A stretch of 63,855 nt of DNA, counting the filler, from Octopus bimaculoides (lineage: Eukaryota), in the NCBI RefSeq assembly GCF_001194135.2. It is 6 parts of 6 records of this genome, joined end to end, with 100 filler letters (N's around TTAATTAATTAA, not from the genome) between each part and the next. Parts side by side here need not be neighbours in the genome. Positions count along the whole stretch, not along the records: positions 27,548 to 43,122 come from NC_068986.1; positions 43,223 to 54,504 come from NC_068985.1; 4 more parts are not named here. The stretch is one strand, 5' to 3'. The notes below the pieces were generated by a model that saw nothing but the letters and a program-made list of their open reading frames with translations, did no database searches and was not told where the DNA came from. Shown here piece by piece: positions 40,655-54,395 of this stretch. The position numbers were made by a program, and so were the translations under genes. Numbering within the stretch: the first letter of the stretch is position 1; the number at the start of each line of letters is the position of its first letter.

Positions 40655-41149
40655 NNNNNNNNNNNNNNNNNNNNNNNNNNNNNNNNNNNNNNNNNNNNNN
40701 NNNNNNNNNNNNNNNNNNNNNNNNNNNNNNNNNNNNNNNNNNNNNNNNNNNNNNNNNNNNNNNNNNNNNNNNNNNNNNNNNNNNNNNNNNNNNNNNNNNN
40801 NNNNNNNNNNNNNNNNNNNNNNNNNNNNNNNNNNNNNNNNNNNNNNNNNNNNNNNNNNNNNNNNNNNNNNNNNNNNNNNNNNNNNNNNNNNNNNNNNNNN
40901 NNNNNNNNNNNNNNNNNNNNNNNNNNNNNNNNNNNNNNNNNNNNNNNNNNNNNNNNNNNNNNNNNNNNNNNNNNNNNNNNNNNNNNNNNNNNNNNNNNNN
41001 NNNNNNNNNNNNNNNNNNNNNNNNNNNNNNNNNNNNNNNNNNNNNNNNNNNNNNNNNNNNNNNNNNNNNNNNNNNNNNNNNNNNNNNNNNNNNNNNNNNN
41101 NNNNNNNNNNNNNNNNNNNNNNNNNNNNNNNNNNNNNNNNNNNNNNNNN

Positions 41150-41186
<37 letters not shown>

Positions 41187-42429
41187 TAATAACAATAATA
41201 ATCTTCGAATGGAGTTTATAAACATCCTAATGCATCGCTATGCGCGTTTCCACAGATTATATGTTTTTTTAAGATCATAGACCGTATTCTTGGAATGGTT
41301 ACAGTGCAGTCCGTAGTGTCCATGGACATACGGGTAGAGCATGTTCATGCATTCTTTCTTGGTGTTTGTCTTAAAGGTATTTATTAGTGAGTGAACTCGG
41401 CGCATCTTTGTTGTTGATGTTGGGTAACTTTCTACAGGTGTTAGCAGAGTTCTTGACCTGTAAACCTAAATTAGAGCAATGGAATCAGAGAGACGGTGAA
41501 ATTGAAAATCGTTTCGTGAAGAAAATGAAATGGATCTGTTTTGTTAGAACATCTATTTTGTTGGAAAGATTTCCCAAATTGCAGTAGAGCCTTTGCTCCC
41601 TTCCTCAAGGCAATTATTTGCTAAAGGCATCTCGATCAACGTTGCAAAGTCCTCCAACTAGCAACTTCTCGATCAATATGGCTTTATAAGAAACGGTTCT
41701 GCTGATAGAGACACCACATATATTTCAACCCTTAACACTGCTGCACTGAACACACACACATATAACAAAATACTGCCAGAATCAATATTTCCCACCTACT
41801 TTCCACATCATCACGGGTACATTGTAGCTAAGTGTGAAAGTGTTTCCGATCATTAAAAGGCAACAAGGCAGTCGCAGTCCAGTTGATGATGTTCCTCCCA
41901 TGCTTTTCGAAGACTCCGGTCGTCAACACCTATTATCGCCAACATCACTCTTTGTCTAAAAAGTATCCACCTCTAGTCTATAGAAAACTCTTGACAGTTT
42001 GTCTCATTTCAAAAGAGATCTCTGACAATTTAACTTACTCCCAGCATTTCAAATACAGTACCGGACATTTCATCCAGTTTCCAGAAATCTGGAATTTCCA
42101 GAAATTCTGGAATACTGAGTAACATCATATATGATACTGTACCCTGTATTCAATAATCTGACCCTCTTTTGGGAGTTGCGTAATTTGCATCCGGTGTGTC
42201 AAAATTAGTTTGTTCTTTACTTTTTGCGGTTCTCAAACTGGGGTCCACGGTCCCCTAGGGGACCGCGAATGGACACTGAAGTATTGTGAAAACGGGTGGC
42301 TTGAGACAGTTAAGTTAAAAAATTTTTAAACTTCCAATTTTTCGCATGCTATCATCCAAAAGGAAGACTTCTAAAACCCACGCCACGACACTCTTTTGCT
42401 AATCACACATATGTTGTATAATAAGTGTG

Positions 42430-42830
42430 ATTGTCCGATGGAAAATATGCAGGTATAACGGTTGATCGTGCATTTGCTGTCGCTATTCTACGCTCACATG
42501 ATTCACCACTCTACTATTGCAATCCACACGTTTGCATGTCTCGCCGTTATTATCCTCACCGGTGCATGTTCCCGCATGACTTTGCCCTTTGCCAGACATC
42601 CATTCTCATCCTGCATATTGGCTGGGCTTTGTAAGGCATGGCTGTTTTTCATGGCAACGTGTTCCGACAAAACTGTCTTCTCAACGGTTATCAATTCACG
42701 GAAGTTTATCTACGAAAAAACAACGTTCATATACGCTTTGGTTTTCTTCCAAAGATAACAGTGAGATGTAAGCTTTATTGCTAATTAGTACACCCAAAAG
42801 CTGACTACAATAAGGCATATATGCACACCC
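42430..42830 (-). mobile_element. Highly decayed mariner 5' fragment
   Basis: Minus strand has a gggtgtactaattagcaataaagc TIR-like start and weak similarity to a mariner HTH region. Confidence 0.4.
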
Positions 42831-43699
42831 GTAGTATATAATAAATACGAAATAAATATACGATGTAGTTATATTAAATTGGTTTACTGAATCTTATTTC
42901 TTTTAACCATGCCCCCCCCCAAAAAAAAAGAAGTAAAAGAAAATGAGATATGTTCAGTCTTATTTGAAATTCGATTTTACAGTGATAAAGTCTTGACGGA
43001 GAAGAGAAACCACATTGAGTTTTGTGCTCCAAGGTTTTGGTGTCTACTTCACTAAAGCCCAGCAAGTTAAAGAGCCACTTCGAAACGAAGCATCCCAGTT
43101 CAACAAATAGAGATGTCGACTTNNNNNNNNNNNNNNNNNNNNNNNNNNNNNNNNNNNNNNNNNNNNTTAATTAATTAANNNNNNNNNNNNNNNNNNNNNN
43201 NNNNNNNNNNNNNNNNNNNNNNTATATATATGTCTATGTATATATATGTATGTATACATATGTGTGTGCATGTATTAATTGATTGATTAATTAATTAATT
43301 TGTACACGAGTGAAAATTTATACGTGAGACTGTCATTGTTAATGACATGTCTTTACCAAAGAAATGCCCTTTTGTTGCTCAATTTGCGGTGCTTTTCCGC
43401 AAAATAATTTTTGCGCTCATGATCAGAAGCAGCGACGAATTTAGATGAAGAGAAAATGAAAGCTGTTAATCTTGAAATTCCCCTTCGAAGGCCTTTAAGA
43501 ATGTAAAAGGAACATACATCTTGACAATGTAGCTCCTTTTTCAGCATCCCAAACACTTCGGTAAAACTATACTGAATTGATGGGTTTCAAATACGAAGGG
43601 CTGGTCAAAACTGTATGACTAACCACTTCTGTAAAGGCAAAAAGGCCTTATGGGCCAAAAGAACCCGTCCACATACGCACATATTCACACACACACGCA

Positions 43700-43749
<50 letters not shown>

Positions 43750-43798
43750 TATATATATANNNNNNNNNNACACACACACACACACACACACAGATATA

Positions 43799-43841
<43 letters not shown>

Positions 43842-44229
43842 TACATACTCATGCATGCATTTGTTTGTAAGCATGTTTATATTTGATGACATAGATATCT
43901 TGGAGGACATTGCTCACACCTAAAGATCGCTGCGGCATGAAACTCAAGTTGCATACAAGAGGGCAATTGATATCTATCCATGTCACTGTACCGTCTTGTT
44001 AGTTGATGATGTATCATTCTTAGAATCGTCGAACATGAAACAATTTCTCACTGATGTATTTCGTTACCTTTTGTCTCTGATACTGTGCATTGACTGTTTT
44101 CGATATTATCTCATACTTGTTACCATATAGATACACAGGCACCATTTGCTGTGTGTGTGTGGTGTGTGAGTATGTATATGTATACTGGTATGTGTATGTA
44201 TATGTATACTGGTATGTGTGTGACTATGT

Positions 44230-44470
44230 ATATGTATACGGGCCCTGATGAATTTCCCAGCAATCCTTCTAAAGTCATGCAACAGAGTCCTAGCAAGACC
44301 ACTGCACTCTCTCTTCCAGAGTTTCCTTGCAATTGGCAAACTTTCAAGCAAGCTGAGAGAACCTAAAATATGCCCCATTCATAAAGGAGGTAGAAGAGCA
44401 GAATGTAACTGCAAACTCTAGTTAAACCTGCATATCAAACGTTTGTTGGTATTATGAATCAATAACCAAT
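44230..44470 (+). mobile_element. CR1/L2-like LINE reverse-transcriptase N-terminal fragment
   Basis: GPDEF-PAILLKSCNRVLARPLHSLFQSFLAIGKLSSKLREPKICPIHKGGRRAE (cf. GPD.IP..LLK.C...LA.PL..LF..SL..G..P..WK.A.I.PIHK.G). One frameshift. Confidence 0.75.
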
Positions 44471-44779
44471 AAATATGTAACACAGGGTGCATAAGGCTAA
44501 TTTATAGCAGTAGAAGTCCCGTTTATAAGTCTTTGGAAATGAAAATCTAGAATTTCAGACGTCACATATATCTTTTACCTTTTACTTTTTTCAGCCGGTC
44601 TAAAGAGAAGTTCGTGACCACAAATATCACTTTTAATGCAAAACTAACAACATCAAATATTTTTGTGCGTACTAACTAGGATTATCTAAGCTAATGAACT
44701 TGATAATCCGGTATTACTCAGTTCTTAAAGGTTTTAATCGAACAAATGGGACCCAGTAAATATTTTTAAATGTCATATT

Positions 44780-44905
44780 TATTCTATCGGTCTCTTAGAG
44801 GATGTCTTAATTTACGGCTGCATAAACAAAACAAGCGTTGGTTGTCAAGCGGTGGCCGGGGACGAGGACAAACACAGACACACACACTCACACAAACATA
44901 CATAC

Positions 44906-44940
<35 letters not shown>
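44780..44940 (-). mobile_element. SINE family A internal fragment plus microsatellite
   Basis: attctatcggtctc..ggttgtcaagcg..ggacaaacacagac, as at 11610-11680. Confidence 0.6.
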
Positions 44941-45204
44941 NNNNNNNNNNNNNNNNNNNNNNNNNNNNNNNNNNNNNNNNNNNNNNNNNNNNNNNNNNNN
45001 NNNNNNNNNNNNNNNNNNNNNNNNNNNNNNNNNNNNNNNNNNNNNNNNNNNNNNNNNNNNNNNNNNNNNNNNATATATATTATATATATATATATATGTA
45101 TATATATGTATTTATGGATGTATGTATATAGATTCAGATGAATATGGTACTTAAGTTGAGGCACCAGAATTTAGTACTGTATTATCCATACAATTTCAAA
45201 GTAA

Positions 45205-46905
45205 GGTGATTAAAATCAAAATAAGCAACAAGGATATCCAGAGGTAACGCAGTACGATCGCTTCATGCAACTCCATATAACTGAACAATGCAATCATTAC
45301 ATCAATTTAAAATACAGAGCAATCCTCAGCTACACAAAGACATGCAATTTATTAAATTAGAACACATGGACACATTAGTATAATTATGCCTAAAATCTCC
45401 AAAAAGTTAAGGAGATAGACAAAGAACATGCTGTCTTCACTCCAGCATAGAAGATGCTAAGTTTTCAAGAAGATACACATTGTTACAGACTCTGCCGGTC
45501 ACTGATTGTTTTGTTTTATGGGGTCAGATTTAATTTATAGACTAATTTAATCCTTGTATATCTAAGGCTGAGAGAACAAAGACGAAGTATCTGTTTTGGG
45601 TAGGGCTGAGAGAGCAGACAGAAATCATCGTTGGTATAGTCATAAAAATCAAGTTTTATTAGAAGCAATATCATGAGGTTTGTTAAAGGAAAACTAAAAA
45701 CAAGATGTTAGCTGACAATTAAGGCGGTTGCCCACTAGCAGACCATTGATAATGAAACAGGGGAAGTCTTATTGTGTAGTACTATAGTTAGAAGTACTAT
45801 AGTTACAGAAGATTTATAGAAAAATATAATTCAAAATATATTAGACTAAACATTATATATTTACTTATTTGGCTAATATCAATAAAAATCTTCTCTATTG
45901 CCACACATACTCTATACTTTGCCATATACTTTGCCATAGTATTAGTAATTAAGCTATTTTATTCCTTTTCTATGGTGTTCTGCCCTACTTGATTATTTTA
46001 TTTTATTTCTTTATCATTTTATAATTAGCCTTTATTTGTTTACGAAATTAATATAATTTTTGCATCTTTATATATTCATACTTAGCTTATATAAAACTAT
46101 GCCGGTGTATTCACTACTTAGATTATAATTTATTAATATATAATTAGTATGTTCTTTTACCTCAATACTCCTTTATTAATACCAGTATATACGAATTAAT
46201 CAATTTTCACAGATAGCATCAGATGAGTTAGTATTTAAGTGTACAATACGTATAAATATCAAGCTATTTCTGGATAATTTCTTTTCCTCACTCTATTGTG
46301 GCAAAAGTTTGGTATATACTCAAAAGTATTCAAACATTTTTATCCTTTGTTATAATATTCTTCTTAATAATCCTCTGAATAACCCTAAAGTTTAACTGTA
46401 TACAATATTGTCAGTTAACATCTTATTTTAAGTTTTCCTTTACCAAACCTTATGATATTGCTTCTAATAAATCTTGATTTTTATGACTATACCAACTATG
46501 ATCTCTGTCTGCTCCCTCAGCCCTACCCCTAACAGATAATTCCCCTTTGTTCTCTCAGCCTTAGATATGCAAGGATTTGATAAACTCGTGCATAAGTTAA
46601 AACTGATGCCATAAAAACAAAAAAAAACAGTGACAGGCAAAGCCTGTAACAATGTATATCTTCTTGAGAACTTAGCAGCTTCTATGCTGGAGTGAAGACA
46701 GCATATCCCTAACTTCTTGGAGATTTTAGGTATAATTATACTAATGTGTCCATCTGTTTTAATTTAATTAAATTCCATGTCTTTGTGCAGCTGTGGATTG
46801 CTCTGCATTTTAAATTGATGTAACGATTGCATTGTTAAATTAAACGGAGTTGCATGAAACGATCGTACTTCATTACGTCTGGATATTTTGCTCATTTTAA
46901 TTAGA
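45205..46905. repeat. Long inverted repeat: ~500-bp arms around a ~690-bp AT-rich spacer
   Basis: 45205-45720 is the reverse complement of 46408-46900 (e.g. ctgtcttcactccagcatagaag / cttctatgctggagtgaagacag), roughly 85-90% identical by eye. Confidence 0.92.
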
Positions 46906-46917
46906 TATATATATATA

Positions 46918-47040
46918 TGTAGGCTCGAAACGTAAGAGACTTTCTCACCTTCTCGACCGTCAAACTAATACACCTGCCTGTTGTTTTACACCTGTCTTCG
47001 TCTTCTGTTTGTTTGTTTATTTTTGTAAATTTCAACTATA
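46918..47040 (+). mobile_element. Second copy of the aggctcgaaacgt repeat (5'-truncated)
   Basis: Colinear with 17578-17690. Confidence 0.65.
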
Positions 47041-48688
47041 TATATATATATATATATATAATTATCCGCATATATTAAATGTAAGAATTCTGCTTGTTCG
47101 CCAGTACGCTAGCGTAAAGTGCATCGGAATAACGCCCTCAAAAAGGCTGGATATTAAAACACGCGCGTAGAGACATGTGTATATATATATATATACATAT
47201 GTAGATGTTTGTGTATGTATTTATGCATGTTTGTATGAATGCATGTATGTTTCTATATTGATATACCTTTATGCATGGCTATATATTTATATAAAGGCAG
47301 AAGTGCATATATACACGTATACAACAATGTATATATATGTGTGTATGCGTGTGTGAATGTATTTATGGACAAACACTGCGCGTGTGATTGTATGTATTGA
47401 TACTCACACACACACACACACATTCACACATACATATATATGTTTATAAATACAAGCTTAATCAAAATCACACACGTATAATGTGTGTGCGTGCCTGTGT
47501 GCATGTGAATATACACAATGGGTCAATATGTATATATATATATATATATATATNNNNNNNNNNNNNNNNNNNNNNNNNNNNNNNNNNNNNNNNNNNNNNN
47601 NNNNNNNNNNNNNNNNNNNNNNNNNNNNNNNNNNNNNNNNNNNNNNNNNNNNNNNNNNNNNNNNNNNNNNNNNNNNNNNNNNNNNNNNNNNNNNNNNNNN
47701 NNNNNNNNNNNNNNNNNNNNNNNNNNNNNNNNNNNNNNNNNNNNNNNNNNNNNNNNNNNNNNNNNNNNNNNNNNNNNNNNNNNNNNNNNNNNNNNNNNNN
47801 NNNNNNNNNNNNNNNNNNNNNNNNNNNNNNNNNNNNNNNNNNNNNNNNNNNNNNNNNNNNNNNNNNNNNNNNNNNNNNNNNNNNNNNNNNNNNNNNNNNN
47901 NNNNNNNNNNNNNNNNNNNNNNNNNNNNNNNNNNNNNNNNNNNNNNNNNNNNNNNNNNNNNNNNNNNNNNNNNNNNNNNNNNNNNNNNNNNNNNNNNNNN
48001 NNNNNNNNNNNNNNNNNNNNNNNNNNNNNNNNNNNNNNNNNNNNNNNNNNNNNNNNNNNNNNNNNNNNNNNNNNNNNNNNNNNNNNNNNNNNNNNNNNNN
48101 NNNNNNNNNNNNNNNNNNNNNNNNNNNNNNNNNNNNNNNNNNNNNNNNNNNNNNNNNNNNNNNNNNNNNNNNNNNNNNNNNNNNNNNNNNNNNNNNNNNN
48201 NNNNNNNNNNNNNNNNNNNNNNNNNNNNNNNNNNNNNNNNNNNNNNNNNNNNNNNNNNNNNNNNNNNNNNNNNNNNNNNNNNNNNNNNNNNNNNNNNNNN
48301 NNNNNNNNNNNNNNNNNNNNNNNNNNNNNNNNNNNNNNNNNNNNNNNNNNNNNNNNNNNNNNNNNNNNNNNNNNNNNNNNNNNNNNTGTATATATGTGTG
48401 TGTATGTATATATATATATACATATACATACATATACGTGCATATATATATACATATATATATCTATATGTGTGTGTTTAATGGGTATATGTATTTTGGA
48501 ATGCTCATGTGTGTGTATACCTACATATGTCTACGTGTATATATATAAGCATATATAAATATGTATGTATGTGCATAGATATATGCATGTCCATGTTTGT
48601 TTGTGTGTGTATATATACATATGTACACGCACAAACACACATGCACACACACCTATATATATACATATATATGTGAGTGTGTGCGGCG

Positions 48689-48721
<33 letters not shown>

Positions 48722-49387
48722 ATATGTTTGTACGTATACATATGCATACATATTTGTATATATGCATAAGCATATTCACACATGCACGAAAATATACACG
48801 CAAGGATGTAGACATATTCCTAGTCACACACACATGCACACACACGTGTATATATTTATGTAGTCATGTACATGTACGTGTGAGTATGTGTCTGTGTGTG
48901 TGAGTGTGTGTGTGTGTGCTTGTGTGTACATTCATACATATATGCATATATGCATGTATGCATAGATATATATATAGAAGAAGTTTTGTGTGTTTCGAGC
49001 GTAGATACACATCCTGCAATTCATGTGTTTAAATACAAGCGAAATTCCTTTCCTGTAAATATGCTTTATACTCAATTCGCCCTCTATGCATATTTACATG
49101 TAGCATCATTTACATTCTCATTTGCATAAAACCGTTTGGTTTTCTTTTGTTTGCATGTGTTGGGGGTGGGAGAAGGGACTCTATGTTTTGTGGAGCAGGG
49201 GGCGGTCATTTCGTTTTTTGTCCCTTTAACTATTTATTTGTAAAAACTGGCCATACTGTAGCGATGTTGGAATTTCACACCCTATCATACACAAACTCAC
49301 ACAACATACACTTGCACTTTTCTCATCTTTAACATATTCTTATATAAATATGTATATTAAAAATGTGTGTATGTAAATATACATATG

Positions 49388-49422
<35 letters not shown>

Positions 49423-49832
49423 NNNNNNNNNNNNNNNNNNNNNNNNNNNNNNNNNNNNNNNNNNNNNNNNNNNNNNNNNNNNNNNNNNNNNNNNNNNNNN
49501 NNNNNNNNNNNNNNNNNNNNNNNNNNNNNNNNNNNNNNNNNNNNNNNNNNNNNNNNNNNNNNNNNNNNNNNNNNNNNNNNNNNNNNNNNNNNNNNNNNNN
49601 NNNNNNNNNNNNNNNNNNNNNNNNNNNNNNNNNNNNNNNNNNNNNNNNNNNNNNNNNNNNNNNNNNNNNNNNNNNNNNNNNNNNNNNNNNNNNNNNNNNN
49701 NNNNNNNNNNNNNNNNNNNNNNNNNNNNNNNNNNNNTATATATATATCTTTATGTATACATATATATATATGCATATTTGTGAATAGTTCTCTCTCTCTC
49801 TCTATCTATCTATCTCTCTCTCTCTCTATCTA

Positions 49833-49865
<33 letters not shown>

Positions 49866-50030
49866 CTAAATATATATATATAGGTATATGCATATACCAC
49901 ATGTATATGCATATGCATGTCCTCAGAAATATATATATATATATATATTCATGCATACATACATAGATACATACATATAATGAATACATTTGTTTTGAGA
50001 AGCATCGCATTGTGAAAGTAATGTGTTTGG

Positions 50031-50068
<38 letters not shown>

Positions 50069-50078
50069 NNNNNNNNNN

Positions 50079-50117
<39 letters not shown>

Positions 50118-50605
50118 TTGCACTTTAATTATATATTCATTTAATACACGTGTAACGTAACAGCATGCGGGGGAATGTAAGGGAATGTGAAATGTTGACT
50201 TTGCATCGATCAACTTACCAATCAAAAGTTTGCATAAGATTCCAGATGCACTCAGTATTTTTACAGAACCCTTATTACTAGCATTTGAATTTTGCATATC
50301 TCACTACATTTGCATAATACGCTCTCAGTGTGTATTCCTTACGTGGCGCATACGATATGCCTTACGTGACAGCACCTTCCACGCGTTTATTTAATATGAG
50401 CTTGCGTGTAACATGGATGTTTACTCAGAATGCTCTCAGCGCATAAATTTGTTTGCTTATCGTTTATTTTTGTCTTGCTTACAACAGGGATTATGTTGAT
50501 ATTTAATGCACATGTCATGGAACATTCAAACAAAGCAGTTACGGATGTTTATATATTTTTTTATATAACTGAATGTATACACACTCACGCACACACACAC
50601 ATACA

Positions 50606-50692
<87 letters not shown>

Positions 50693-50829
50693 TTATTTAT
50701 TTCTTCTTCCATAATAACTAAGCAAGCGCTGAGATCAGTTTGTCACAGGTTACTCCTTGTTTTTAAGATGGTCAGAGTTGAGTTTATTATGATAAATATC
50801 TTCGACTACCTCTTATCGTGCACCTCCTC

Positions 50830-51296
50830 CTCATTACCGATGTGTTGCCGCTGTTGTCGTCGTCTTTGTTAACCTCCTCCTCCCCTTCATCATCATTATT
50901 TTCATCATCGTCATCAGGATCATCATCATCATAGCTATCGTCGTCGACGTCGCCGCCGCCGTCGACATCATCAACATCAACATTATCATCATCATTATCA
51001 TCATCATTATCATCATCATCATCATCGTCTTTATCATCATCATCATCATCATCGTCATCATCATCATCATCGTTGTCATCATCGTCATCATATTCATCAT
51101 AATCATCAACATATTCATCATAATTATCATCATAATGATCATAATCATCGCCATCATCGTCATCATCGTCTTTATCATCATCATCATCATCGTCGTCTTA
51201 ATCATCATCATCATTATCATCATCATCATCATCGTCTTTATCATCATCATCATCATCATCATCATCATCGTTATCATCATCATCATCATCGTCTTT

Positions 51297-51338
<42 letters not shown>

Positions 51339-51540
51339 GTTGTCATCATCATCAATATATTCATCATAATTATCATCATAATGATCATAATCATCGCCAT
51401 CATCGTCATCACCATCATCACCATCACCATCATCACAATCATCATCAACATCATAATCATCATCATCATCATCATCATCCTCATCACAATCTACATCACA
51501 TTCATCATCGTCGTCGTCGTCGTCGTCGTCGTCATCACCT
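50830..51540. repeat. ~700-bp (CAT)n-derived low-complexity array
   Basis: Directly visible; explains the poly-M and poly-I ORFs. Confidence 0.95.
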
Positions 51541-51659
51541 TAGACATCATAAAAACACTGTGCTAAGCCTAGTAGTGCTATTTTTATAAAATTATGTCTT
51601 GTGACTATTTTATTGGTTTACTTTTGTATACGCCCTTCACATTCGGAAGGTGATCAGCT

Positions 51660-52545
51660 GTGAATATCGTTATCACGCCAAAGGAAATGTTTAGCAGCAT
51701 CTTGTCCGTCTTTGCGTTCTGTGTTCAAATTCCGCTGATGTCCAGTTTAACTTACATCCTTTTAGAACGATGAAAAAGCTATCAACCGAGCACTAGAGTC
51801 GCTGTAATCGATTCGCCTCCTCCGCCAAATTTCAGGCCTTGTGCCTATCGCAGAAAAAAGTATCATCATCAATATTAAGTCGGTGAACTCACAGAATCAT
51901 CTACACGCCGGACAAAAGGCTTTGGGAACTTTCAAAATAATAAGAAAAACTTTTCCCAAGGCACATTTAAATATATCGCTTTCAAAACGTGGGCGGATAA
52001 GCAAGTTAACATTCCTGTGGTGATGTGGATTCTTTATCCCAATTGTCCCCTTGATTATTTATCTTCAAATTATATTTGCTTCTAATTATGGTATAGGTGT
52101 TTACATATAATTATCTATTCAGTGTGTTCATTTTATCGAGCATGTCCAAATATTTACTGAATAACGTCTCATTCTTTCCCGAACTACTGTGTTCAATATA
52201 ATTCAGTTGCCACTTCCTCCAAGTTTCTGGCCCTATGCTCCTGTTAAAATACACTGGCAGAATCGTTAGTGCGTCAGACAAAAAGTATGTAGCCGCAAAT
52301 CTTCATATCTCTAAACCTTTTGGGAATGTATGAAATATGCAATCGAGTAAACCTGCAACCGAGTAAACACTACCCACCGCACTTGTCCCAAATTTAAAGC
52401 AATTGTTATTACAAGTAATGATTCTACATGTTGGACAAAATGCCTTTCATCATCTCGGTTGTCGAGAAAATAAGTACCAGCTGGACACTTTGTCGATGTA
52501 TCCAACTACTCTACACGACAAAAATTTCGAGCCTTGCTATAACAT
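51660..52545 (+). mobile_element. Two degenerate SINE family B copies (~51665-51860 and ~52255-52545)
   Basis: gttcaaattccgc..catcctttt..aaatttcaggccttgtgcc and ggcagaatcgttagtgcgtcagac..aataagtaccag..aaatttcgagcctt. Confidence 0.65.
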
Positions 52546-52777
52546 CATCACAGCAGTCATAATATCGGCGTTTCGATTACCAGCGGCAATCGTGATGATA
52601 CAGGTGAAAATTTTCCAATATGCAGATGGTTTCTATTCATCCATGTTAGCTAACCTTTTCTCAACTGCAACTTCAATCTTTTGCTTTCTAATGCCGTTGA
52701 CTGTTCACCAATGCATCCTGATATTCTTGAGAAAGGTGAGATAAAAGTCGTCAAATTTAGACCGAAAATCTTGTCTA

Positions 52778-52813
<36 letters not shown>

Positions 52814-53603
52814 CAATGTTAATTCTATATACATTAATAAATCTCAGGTAGCAAAAGAAATTGAGAATTTGTTTTTGAATTTCTAAAATTTTTGGGCTAC
52901 TCTGAGATTTATTAATAATGATATAATGATTTTTAGGTTAATTTCTGGAAGAAAATCAGCATTTTTTTTGTATTTGGTGTCGATAAGAAAACCGTACATG
53001 AGCGGTAGTTATGAAAAATTATAGCATACAAGCACGCGGCATGTTTCTATGGATTGTCTCGTTTATATGTTAATCTTCGCTTTCCTGCTGACGATAGCTG
53101 GCCTAGCAAATTATATTATTTTGGTGAGAAATAGATGGTAAATGTTTTTAGTTTTCATTCCATTTCGAAATTATCTCTAATTGTGGTTTGGAGTTTTGAC
53201 TGCTCCCTCTAGCGGGTTAGATATCCTATTATGAACATCTCTCTTAAGTGATAATGTAAACTTTCATTTCTTCACGATATAGTTAGTCTGCAGATTAGCT
53301 TACAGTATAACCCTCGTTTGGATATTTATCACTTCTCAGATTCTGCTCGCTATGAAACATATGCAACCCGGATCTTGTCTACTCCATTCCATAACTCTTG
53401 TATTCTTATTCGTACATCCGACAAACCTGGTTGCCTACCGTGGAATATAAAATGAACATTGTTCTCTTCTTCAACTTCGATACGAATAAAAACAAAAAAC
53501 CTTCCGTTTCAAGAAACCATTGTTGTCCTTGAAAGTTATTTTTAGTACGGATACCTTGAAACTAACTTCCTTCTTACACTTCGATCCCTGGATCTTATCT
53601 GTA

Positions 53604-53642
<39 letters not shown>

Positions 53643-53836
53643 NNNNNNNNNNNNNNNNNNNNNNNNNNNNNNNNNNNNNNNNNNNNNNNNNNNNNNNNNN
53701 NNNNNNNNNNNNNNNNNNNNNNNNNNNNNNNNNNNNNNNNNNNNNNNNNNNNNNNNNNNNNNNNNNNNNNNNNNNNNNNNNNNNNNNNNNNNNNNNNNNN
53801 NNNNNNNNNNNNNNNNNNNNNNNNNNNNNNNNNNNN

Positions 53837-53869
<33 letters not shown>

Positions 53870-54044
53870 TGTTTATATACATATATATACATACCCTTAA
53901 TCTTTAATATTTCGATAATTATTCAAAACTATATTTGGATGTGTTTGTCTTGCATAAGGATTTATCTGTCATATGTATTCTACTTACATTTACTGTTATC
54001 TAATTGTTGAATATTTATAACCACATTCTTTTAATACTGAGTGC

Positions 54045-54395
54045 CAGGGTTCGTGAATCCCGTTTTTCTAACAGCAACTATAATAATAGTATTATTATGG
54101 GATTTTATGATTCAGTGCGACCATGAAATAGAGAATAGGAAACCTGATATAGTGTTAATTGAGAAAGAAAGCAAAAGATGCTGGATCGTAGATATAGCAT
54201 GCCTAGCTGACAACAAGGTATGCGATAAGAAAGAAAGAAAAATCGATAGATATGACAGGTTAGCTTGTTGGGTAAGCAGTGTAGTCGCTGAAAAAGGTGG
54301 TAGTAGTACGAATAATTGTCGAAGTCCTGGGAACAGTGAGTAAAGATCTTGAGAAAGACATGGAACAAATAGGGGCTGCAATAAGGCTGGAGCAT
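54045..54395 (+). mobile_element. Fragment of a non-LTR retrotransposon with a restriction-like endonuclease (R4/Dong-like)
   Basis: LLWDFMIQCDHEIENRKPDIVLIEKESKRCWIVDIAC...K..RYDRL (R/K-PD..D..K RLE motif), then IVEVLGTVSKDLEKDMEQIG after a frameshift. Confidence 0.8.

Noticed and set aside
42088-42116. ttccagaaatctggaatttccagaaattctggaa as a heat-shock element
   Set aside because: The nGAAn units are not in the canonical alternating 5-bp register, and there is no nearby TSS evidence.
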